Translations under genes and position numbers: made by a program
Assembly (NCBI GenBank): GCA_964199315.1
Contig: OZ116699.1
Location: forward strand, 18,972,001-19,036,000
Length of the DNA stretch: 64,000 bases
Source of the DNA: Orbicella franksi
Taxonomy: Eukaryota
Direction of reading: 5' to 3'
The notes under the pieces: generated by a model
What the model saw: the letters and a program-made list of their open reading frames with translations, nothing else
The model's database searches: none
What the model was told of the DNA's origin: nothing
Shown: piece after piece, positions 53,453 through 64,000 of the stretch
Layout: the number at the start of each line of letters is the position of its first letter
Numbering within the stretch: the stretch's first letter is position 1

Positions 53453-56016
53453 GGCGCGCGAGAGATTTAGATCCCTGCAAATCGGACAGCTGCGCCTTCA
53501 AGAAAATAAACTTCCCTCTTGCCTTAATTTTACTCCAGTTTTGAGTGAAATCTTGAAAAACTGGACGTGCAAGAGTACGCAATAGTGCAATATCAGTGAA
53601 ATGCTGTTCACCTGCTGTCGACCGAAAACAAGTTGTTTTGATCCAGTTATCCCCTGGATGGCTCAAATGAGCAACGTAAATCTCTCTAGAAAGTTGCTTT
53701 TAATGAAGTGTGATTTAGTTAATTCCTTCTTAATATTCTTGGGTATCATCCAACATAGCATAACTTCAGATCTTAATTTGAATTCCACTTTCTCCAACGT
53801 CTATCTCGCCGAGCTCACCGAGTTCGCATCATGTGTGTTTTCATGGAACACTGAGCGGAGTTTCTTTTCCAGCAGATCGCACCAGCTGGCCACCGCTGAC
53901 AACGGCACAGCTATTAACTGTGATCAGTTGGAATTATTTATAAATTTATAAACGATAAAGACCTTCTTTGTTTTTGCTTCACTTGTTGCTTCGGAGAAAA
54001 AACAGAGTCAAGACACCTGCCCCACAGCTAGACATAACACGAGATAAATCTTGAGTGCACACAGTTTGGTGAAAGCTTTTAAGGACATTAAAAGGTTTGT
54101 TCAAGACATTCGTGATCGCATGACGCGCGCCCTTGATTAGCTGAATTCCACCTGACCCACCTTGCTTCAGCACTTGCGGAAACACGAACTAGACTACATA
54201 CCACTAGAGTCTCGCTCAGAGGATTCTACCCAACTTTCCTTGAAATCCACTGAGTCCTGTTCACTGCATAGAGCTACACGTAGGCGCTATTGAGCTTTAT
54301 TTACGCGCAAAATTGGAGACGTCGGCTGGACCGTCTGCATTTAGTTATATTTACGACTTTTATGCTAAAAAATATATTAAAAAAACATCTACAAATACTG
54401 AAATGTTAACCGGCGCGCTTTCATTCCTTTACTTTCTGATTTCAAAAAGGTTTGGCAGCAATGCCAAAAGCTTTTATGTGACTGGAGAAGTTAAAAATAA
54501 AACCATGAGAAAAAAAAAAAAAACGAAAAACAATACAATATGGTGCTATCACTTTGAACTGAACTTCGTGCGCTGTCGACAAAATACTGAAAATACGACA
54601 AAATACGACGACTGCGAGGGCGGGATTTAACGGAGTTACAAATTATGATAGACCATGATGAAGGCCACGAGAACGGTTGCCAGTAGCAGCTTACATGAGT
54701 GCTAAACACTCGAGTGGGATTCGAATGTTTTAAAAGCACTTTCGAGTAGTCTTCCTTGTTCACCGTGCGCTGTTATTCTAGGTAGTCAACAAACGGTAGA
54801 CATTCCGGCCAATTTTTTTTTTCTGCTTTCTGGTCATATTGCCCCTTGATATTTCAAGAGTCTGTTTACAAGCCATTTGCACGCAAGAAAAAAGAATACA
54901 AGATTGTTTTTACAGACTTGTTGCTCGATTAATATGATTCAAATACGTGGGGTCTCCATATCGTGCACCTCAACGCGGCAAGCGTGTTGTTTTTTAGGCC
55001 TTTGTTCAATACAACAGCTAGCCGTTTTGACCTCGTGCCAAGAAAGACGATATAAATATACCACAAGAAAATTTACCTGAGGAATGTTGCCTACGAGTAA
55101 ACCGGCTCCACACTGCTTATCCAAGAGAGTCGGAGTTTGCTCGCAGCATGCAGGCTAGGCGCGCATGGAGTGGTGCATACTTGGCCCGCATAGCTAGTCA
55201 GCTAATGCCCTTGTGATTACCATGGGTTCACATTGTGGCTCTGATATCAGAACTGTGATGTGACATCAAACTGATGGATAGAGTAATCAACATTACTCCA
55301 ATCCTCAAACCGCAAACGGCGAATAGATATTATCGCAAAAGTAACTGAATGCGATACCAGTTCAGAATATTTAAAGTGTTAAATGCACTTCAGTTAAACC
55401 TCTTGATATTTATGAAATAATATAACACATTCTAAGAATCGAAAATTCTTAAACATCTAACGAAAGCAACATCGTTAATAAACGAACAGGCTGAGACAAA
55501 ACTTAGTGATGTTAATCATCGCGGTTAGTGTCTCATTCAGTCATAGAATATCGAATCTTTTTCCTGAAAGAAGTTTTTCATCAGGATATTAAAGTTTACG
55601 TACTCTCTTATCACTGATCAACGATGAACAGAAAACCCAAAAACGATCAGCAGACTTATCCCTTTGGGATCCTCTTAAGATAAATGTTCGCTTGATGAAT
55701 TGAAGACTTTTAATTGCCAATTCTTATCTCTGCACTCTGAAGAATGTGAACATTAACCATTTAAAAACCAATATAATTGCTTTTAAGTACTGTGCACAAA
55801 GACAGGTTTCCAATTTTAAACTGGAAAATGCTATAAATATTCTCACCACTGCATGATTTTCGGTATGATCCGTTATGACTTCTTAGCCCCATCCACAAGG
55901 CCTGATACGTGTTTTTGTGTGTGCATGAACTATGGACAAAGTACCTATAGCTACTTACGTATTGAACTGAGCTGTGATGCCGGGACACGATTATAGAAGG
56001 CTGCAGAAACGCGTGC

Positions 56017-56307
56017 ACAAATACCGATTGGTATTATGGGTAGTAATAATTTATCGTTGCTTGTCACGGAGTTGCAGCAAGAAGGAAGAGGAAGCATGAA
56101 TACACGCGTTTCTGCTGTTTCCTACTATCACGATAATCAAGCAATAATAAGCCAAAATAATGTCCATTTTAATTGGCACTTACTTAATTATGATCTATTG
56201 GAAGACAGACGCATAGATGACGTCATTAACATTCGTTCTTCCTCGCAGCAGCATGGAATCTATTTGTTAAGTAGATCACAATTGCCCATAATACATTTCG
56301 ACGCTGT
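56017..56307 (+). repeat. Fold-back element copy B (with about 95 bp of extra internal sequence containing TGACGTCA at 56218-56225)
   Basis: Ends ACAAATACCGATTGGTATTATGGGTAGT / ATTGCCCATAATACATTTCGACGCTGT; internal GCATGAATACACGC. Confidence 0.65.
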
Positions 56308-57859
56308 CACGTACACACTGAACAACAACATACACAACCTTTCTCAAAACAGCTCAGCTGTATCTAGGATATTAGAGTAACTGAGAACTTTCGGGAGGAT
56401 TGATAGACAGTTAGCTGCTTGTTCTTGTCAACTGAGAGATCATCACCGCGTTTCTTCAGAGTCACCGACGTTCAAGACTCTATGCGAAATCAGTCAAGTT
56501 GGGAGTCTTGGAAAGTTAGGACGAAAATTTTCAAATTCGTCCTTCGTAATCTGTCTTGTTTATCCCTAATCATTCCTAACCATGCTAGCTCTTTTTTGAC
56601 TTTTTTTTTCATCACTACTTTAGTGTTTATTGTTGAGGGTTTCTTCGATGTTTGGAGGTGACGGTCATTTGCGCATGTACGTAACCGGTGACAGTAAGTT
56701 TCCCATTTGAAAGTTAACAAGGCTTGTAAAAAACTTAAATAGAAATGCTAATCATTAATACATAAAACACACTTGAAACGTCCGGAAAAGGTCAAACAAA
56801 AGAACTAATCAGCCGTTTAACAAGTTCATAAGCTTACTTCTAAATATACACTGACGTAAACACGATGAGCAAGGGGCGACCACGAATGACACAATATGAG
56901 CTAAAAATTATCGTGTGCAGCGCACGTCTACGATCAGTAATCGCGATACGTTCGAGCCTACCTGTTTGAGCTCCTCAAGAATTTTTCATAATAGTACATT
57001 TTGTATGGATCACTTAACACTAGCTTCTTATACTGATTGGCTTCTTGGGCTTATCGATTGTAGGCGTAGTTGAGGCAAACTAACAAACTCGCACTCCTGA
57101 TAGTAATCACTCAATCCGCGGTCTGTCTTTTTGATACAATGGACGATTCTACTCTTTTATAAACTAATAATGCAACGATGGTATCACATAAATGCCTGGT
57201 AGTTGATAAAAACTGCAACAGTTTAACCTACAGATCCGACGAAAATCAACCAAATGTTTTCCTGTTCCCGAATGTTTACAACTTCTAATTGAAAAATAGC
57301 ACGATATTTGTAGCACATGAAGATGAAACTTTGACAGCCCATGAAAGTTATCGCTCCACCTTAATTACTTACGTTCTTAGTTTTGAATCCCGGTGTAGAC
57401 GACTGCTACCGACGAACCCTTCGTCTGTGCTGTTTATTCACAGTTCACATGCATGAGTGATCAATCTATTTGATGCATTACCATTTGGTTCATAGCATGT
57501 TACCTCTAGGTCTTACTGTCTAGTCGTAATATTTGTCGTTAAATGGTTTGTGATTGTAACAATTGCTTAGCAACAACCAGCCAATGATATTATATTTCTC
57601 ACGAGAGAATATCCGTAAGGTGGTAATTAAAGGACATATTTGGATAAGAACGTAAGCTAGTAATTCACGCTTCACAAAACAAATGATGGAGAAAAATAAA
57701 AAGTAATTAAAAAACGGATTTGAAAAATCAAACAGTATACAAACAAAAAAGATAAATTAATTAACATGAAGCAGGATGGGCTTTTTCATCACATCAGTAA
57801 CGGCTCTGTACTGGTATAGAATTGGTTGCTGGCTGTTCAGACCACCTATGCCACCAACG

Positions 57860-57941
57860 GCTTTTCTTGCTTCTGTGATTTCTTCTTTTCTTACCCAAAA
57901 TAAGTCGGGGGGGGCGCGCCCCTCCCCTAGAGCCGCCACTG
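57860..57941 (-). mobile_element. Partial hAT-like MITE end
   Basis: Minus strand begins CAGTGGCGGCTCTAGGGGAGGG, an end motif typical of a common MITE type (recognition from memory). The other end was not found. Confidence 0.45.
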
Positions 57942-59688
57942 CTTAGAGAGACCAACGCTACAATTATCATAGCCATATTACTTATACTTTTTTTTGTCAT
58001 TTTAATAATTTAGTTCTAAGGTCACATCCCGGAAAATTGGCACATAAATCAGCAAAGTATATGTACACTTTGGCATGTTAGACTCATTTATAAAACAACT
58101 TGTTCCACAACTTCTTAGTTCATTCACACCATAATAAGATTAAGTAGCGATGTTCTCTGTGGCGCGTACGATAATCAGGCTAATCTATTCACAGAAAGTG
58201 TTTGTAAATTAGATATCGACCAGACAGCGTATACTGTACTTAAAAGATCTTAAAAATAAAGAACTTATTCCATTAGCTTCTAATACATGTACTTTAGGCG
58301 TCCTGTTAATTGTGAAACGACAGGGTGAAAGCTGAAACAGTTGTAAAGTATTTCATTTTTCCCGTTTTGGACAAGTAATCTTATATTACCACAAACATTG
58401 ACTGCAAGGTTGTTGTTTTATGTCTTTTATGCATACGCGGCAGTTTAATTAATTCAATCACTTTGTAACTGCTCGATATTATTTAATTTTAGAATGATTC
58501 AAGGGAAATTTCTTCCCTAGAAGTTGCAAAAGTGGGAAAACAAGAGAAAACAACAAGACTGATAATCTAGACTTGCTGGCGACAGCCAAATCATTGATAT
58601 AACAATACGCTGTGCATATCCACTTTATCAACCAGTGTCAACTGTTTCGATGTTTTGTATAACTATGCATCCTCCTTTTTGTGTAAAACAGAAGCTTAAA
58701 AATGGTGTGAGAATCAGTGTTATTACATATAAAACTGGCTTGCCCCAGCTCGGCGTGGCGGGTGGCAGAGAGACAATTGAAACGAGGATGTTCCAACAAG
58801 GCAAGTGACGTTAACAGGTCATATACATTTTACACCTGAAACTTGGATTCACACAAGAAAGTCCCTTTTACATCGTTTCTAGACAATAGTAACGTTAATC
58901 AGAAGCATTTTCTTGCCGGCGAATATCTTTGTTGTTTATTGGTGGTGGCACCGTTCGGTACAGAAGCATGTCTGAAGCGTGTTTGTCACTAAAGGCCAAT
59001 ATATTCTTTACTATTTACGCCGCTATTTTCAACATTAATCAATAGTGAATATTACTTACTAAATATGTAAAACCAAAAGAGTTTGGAAGTGTTAGCTCAT
59101 GATATTGTTGACAGACGCTTGCTGAGTGCTGCAACTTCAAAAATGTATCCTTTCTCTGACTAGCACTCTTTACGTACATTTTAAATCAGTTGAACAAACG
59201 GTTGTCCATAATGCTTAAGATGTTTGATATTCAGTTGTCAGGTTCGTGTAAAACGTTTTTTGACTCTATCCAAGTGTGCGCTCAATATTGCTTTTCCGTT
59301 TGCAAATAACGTACTATAAATAACTCTCCGCTTCGTTTCTTTTCTCTTTCAAGGCTTTCCTTAGATCTTCACTTGTTATTCTTTCTTTCTTTAGGAAACA
59401 GAATGGTTGTGCAAATTTTCTTGCATTTGACGAGCTATTGCCTTAGCCAACAAAAGAAACTAGCAGGTTTAGATTTTCTTTGAATACATGTTTTAAGTAT
59501 TGATCTTAAATTACAGAGCAACTAATTAATAGCCTTATTGATCAAAATCTTTCATGTGGACAAACCTTGTCCGCAGGAAGTCAGTTGTTAGCCTGGTGTT
59601 TGACAAGCTGTCGGTACGCGTGTGACCGTTGAACACAGTTCTTTTGAGGAAGTTACAGTTGTCCTTCAAAAGCGTCTCATTGTACGCG

Positions 59689-59872
59689 ACAATGTTGAAA
59701 GGTACTGTGGATAATGTGGTGTAATGTCGCCCTGATCGAATGTAAGCCAAAGGTTTTCCAGTGTGATAGAGGGAAACAACGCAATCACGAGTATTCATGC
59801 TTCACCTTTCCACTGTGAACCTCAACCTAGCAACGACAAGCTATAACTACCCATAATACCAAGCGGCATTGT
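59689..59872 (-). repeat. Fold-back element copy C
   Basis: Minus strand TACGCGACAATGCCGCTTGGTATTATGGGTAGT ... CATTATCCACAGTACCTTTCAACATTGTCGCGTA; internal GCATGAATACTCGT. Confidence 0.7.
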
Positions 59873-62800
59873 CGCGTAAGCTTTTACACTTTTGTGGGAA
59901 AAACATTTTCAAAACAGCTCTATATCGTGCGATTTGCATTTTTCACATATGATTTATTTATAGTGTATTCACAAGAAAACATTATCTCAATCACTCAACA
60001 GTAAGATACAACCGACCTACTTAAAACAGGGTGTCATGCACATATAGCCAAAAGCCCTTTCAATGTAAACATGGACTTGAAACAATTGCAAAAACTACAA
60101 AATTACCCGAAAATAGCTCACATGCATGTTGGATTATATTTTAATGCAAACGAGAAATTTTTACCGTGAACAGGGCAAGTTGAACGCGACACAGATGTAA
60201 CGAATATAAACAACATTACTTGGTTTGTTTTTCATTTCATTTGTTAGGTTGCTTACACTTCATCATTTGCAGTTATTTTTAACTATTCCTACGTTATTTC
60301 AGTTAAGGTTAATTTCGTCATTTTTAATTATTACAGTTGTGAGGTCCTTTTTTTTCTTACATATCATTTGCACTGGTAGTTGTTTTTGCCCAAGCTGGTT
60401 ATTTCCGTCATTTTTGTGGTGAGACTTGTTATTATCTTAAAATTTGTGGGGCCTATGTCCAGTTAAAAGGCTTTTCATGGTAGCTTGTTGTTTTCTATAC
60501 TATTTAGCCATTACCTGCCTTTTAGCTCAACGGATTGCCACCCATAGCTCTAAGCTGCTAGCCTTTGGCAGTTAGAAATGTTGTGATTAAAAATAAATTC
60601 GTTCAAAACTCCGCTACTACTTTAATGGTGTTTGATGGCAACTGGCTCCAAAATGATCAATAGCACATTTTACGATGGAGAGCGGAAGTGCAACTGACGA
60701 AGCGCAGGTGGAAAAATCGGAAGAAAAGAAAACTTAAAACAAATGAATCAATATAGCTACAGGCTAGCAAGTTTTTGTCGATTGTCATACCATTTTGAAA
60801 TCATAAATTATGGGCAAGCTCACCGCCACAAAAATATGGCCATTGGGGTCGTGATAAACCTCTCCAGGTGCCTAGCTATCACGCGCTTACGGAGGGATTT
60901 GCTGGCCTTATTTTAGAACGTCTCCACGCAAAGAAATAGACACTGAAATAGATGTAAACAAAATTTATACATTCAGCATCGTCTCTTGATACGTTACAAG
61001 ACCAAATTCGCTTTAGATCCCCCTTAGACCATAACCGAATCTTCACGACAAATTAAACTCGACTCACTGATGTAGAATTAATTCAGTACAAAGTATAGTT
61101 TTATAGAATGCAGATTGCTAACCAAATCATGAATAACTAATCAGGCTAAATTTCGGTTAAAATTGAGAATGTCACTATGGTGTACTGAACAACGCAATAC
61201 AGAAAGAACCTCAGTGCTAAAAGTAATCTGTTCGATCAGTTCTTTTTGAACTGCATCTGTCCTCCTTTATTGCAAGAACAAAAATCGTTATATTCCTTTT
61301 GCTGGATTGCATGTTCTGTGGTCAAAATAATTACATCCAGAGATTATTTGGGCTTAAAACGGGCCATGCCTTGTTCCGTGAAGTAAAGTTAACCGCAAAT
61401 GTTCTCCATCGATCCGTCATGGCATGACTTGGATCAGCGGACCTTTCTATTACCGGCTGTTAGCTGATATCAAGCGATGTGTAGCCTTAAGCAAGTTGTT
61501 AGCACAAAGTAACAGCTCTTTTGAAACTTGCCGCTCAAAAAATAAACGAGTCTTTTTGCTCGCAAATAACGACTAAAAAACCTCGCTTCGTTTTCTGTGA
61601 GTATATTTCCTCCGAGCTGTTTGTCGACTGTATTAAATTAAAATTATCCCAGCTTGTATTCGTTTTCTTAAATTATGTTTAAATGATCTGGACATATTTC
61701 ACGCGTAAATTAAGAGATTTCCCGAAAACACATCACTGCAAAAGCCATCTAGATTAAAGCAATTTAGGGTTCATAACATTGAAGACGAACGAATAGATAT
61801 ATCTATCTTTTCTTGTACATGTGAACCGGCATTTCAACCATACATGTACCGATACATAAATTGGCCGTCTCCACTGAGTACATTAATTTGATGTCAATAT
61901 GAATACCTGTTGTATCAGCTTATATATGATGATAGGCTCAACCGACCACCTTGAGCGGCATGTTCAGTTTAGGCAAAATGTGAAGCCTTTCAGGCTTCAA
62001 GGATAGCATATCTAGTTTAAATTCTAACTGAATATCATGATCGAAGTGGGAAGAGGTCGCGAGAATGTTCAACTGAAGACAATAAAACCTGCAACCACAG
62101 TGACTAACAAAATACAGCCTCGCATCAAAAAAATGCTCAAGCGGAATGAGTTCAGTGCTAGGCAATTCTGAAGGGAGGACCAGCAGCCAAGTATATCTAT
62201 CACCCAAAGGAGCGCACATTATAAAACTCTGAAATCATACCTAGCAAGCCCGGCTTCTCAGCTGTCGTATCCTACATCGACATCTCCAGGCTCCTTCTGG
62301 CTAAGAACTTTTATCCTCGTAAACTCAGCATGATCTTCACGCGGATGTCTAGATCTGCTTCGTGTCTGAAACCACTTGTCAACTGGTATGTATTTTAAGT
62401 TGACTGAGCAGAAATCACCTGACAATGCTTGAGGAAAAATGGTGCTACTTTAGCGAATATGACTCTTTGTTCAATGACACTAACTGAACTGACACACGAG
62501 ATAAAGACCTTTTGAAATGCTTTGATGGACTCACTCACGATTGATCGAATGTCGACACGTTTACTTTAATTCAGTTTTCAAACACGCAAGGATTTTAAGA
62601 ACCATTTATAGTGCTTTTGAAGTCCATTTATTTTTGGTTCACAAATAATATAAATCACGCGAATGTACGCAAAATCCCTCTATCATTTTGCCAGGCTCTT
62701 TATGAGAGAGTATGGATGCTGGAAAAGCAAGTTTTTCGGGAAAATGAGCTAAACTTTTACTTACCAGATCACAAGCTAAGTCCAAGGCAAACTGCAGATG

Positions 62801-64000
62801 TCTCTTTTGTGCTACTCGTACACGGCACCAAGGCACTTATATTCAAATCAGTAGCAAAAATATATTAAAAATACTGAGACCAATCAAATTGCGAGGTTCA
62901 ACAACAGAAAACGAAAGCTTCAAAGCAATGCCTTCTGGGTAAAATATCTTTATGAAGAAATCGAAGGTGTTGCAATTCAAAACTCCCTGGAATAGTTTAA
63001 TTCCAGTTTATACCCCATCTGTAAGTCTACATACAGCTTGTAAAAGGCTTCTTTCTTGTGAAGTCGGTGAGTTGTGTCTGAGGCTCAATATTCGCGTTGG
63101 GAAAATATATGCATTACAATCAGTATTAATTAGGATTTCGCTCCATGAATTAATGTGATATATGCTACGTCAGTACGCGAATCTCTTAAAGAGGCATATA
63201 TACGTCAGTGAAGGAATTGATTTTCAGTACGTAGGTTTAGATTAGGAGCAAAGCTTATTATCAGTAGTTTTAACGTTCAGAAGACATCATCTAGACGTCA
63301 CAGATCTGTATATCGAAACAGTTCAGTAATCTAAAATAATATCCAAATTAGCTGTTCGTAATCTGAAGTAATCTTACTCTCAATCTCCCCCACGTCTTTA
63401 TATCGCAGTGTTCCTGTTTGCTTAATTAATATTTATTTACCTTTTTGGTGTCCACAGAGTTTCTATCTCAGAAAACTGTGATTATTTTGTGGTTTTCTTG
63501 AATTGAAGCCAATTTTTTTCATCCTGAAAAAAATGACTTAATGATTGATATAATGTAACATGATACCAAGTTTATAAGAGAGCTATGGTTTGTGAACTTC
63601 AGTATGTATACCATCTGCCAAAGATTTTATCTGTCCTGTGTTTGGCTTCAAATTTGCATACAACAATTTAAAGACACTTCATAGTATTTTATTTTTTAAA
63701 TTCTTGTCGGTAGCTGAAGAATGCCACACGATCTCTTCTTCTCTTCCTTTTTTCTATTTTTCAGACTCTACATTTTTCATCAAAGTTCTTTTAGTCATTT
63801 GAGTCAAGTGATATTGATTTTTCAGCATTTTCTTTGCACTGGAAGTCCTTGCAAGGGGGATTAAAAAGGTTACATTACAGAAATATGGAGAAAAAACTTT
63901 ATTAACGTATTGTTCGTGATGTGCCCATTAACCCATTGCTCACGTTAACTTCATCATTTGTGACGTCAGCAACGCTTTACAAAGCCGAGTAGATGTATGT

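Noticed and set aside
61899-62006. Short ORF MNTCCISLY resembling the MNTR start of the fold-back elements
   Set aside because: Lacks the inverted end motifs and the upstream nucleotide similarity; probably chance.

Overview
Eukaryotic, AT-rich, intron-containing genomic DNA. The gene and repeat content point to an anthozoan cnidarian, probably a stony coral (inference). Splice-aware reading gives three genes of one signalling module within about 48 kb: a secreted FGF8/17/18-type ligand (+ strand, 5 coding exons, 4541-17368, 232 aa), its feedback antagonist Sprouty (- strand, single coding exon 24154-24912, 252 aa, with a 5'UTR intron), and a three-Ig FGF receptor tyrosine kinase (- strand, 13 coding exons, 52233-37780, 879 aa). 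All exon phases are consistent and all introns are GT-AG. The ORF track misses the first three FGF exons and the FGFR signal-peptide exon. Perfect ETS motifs (ACCGGAAGT) lie upstream of Sprouty, upstream of FGFR and between them. The rest is non-coding, with tRNA-derived SINEs, several MITE families, a 1.5-kb Mutator-like element with a 9-bp TSD, microsatellites, a possible pseudogene, and an unassigned three-copy fold-back element flanking FGFR. No rRNA, true tRNA or CRISPR array was found. All coordinates were read by hand and no database searches were run.
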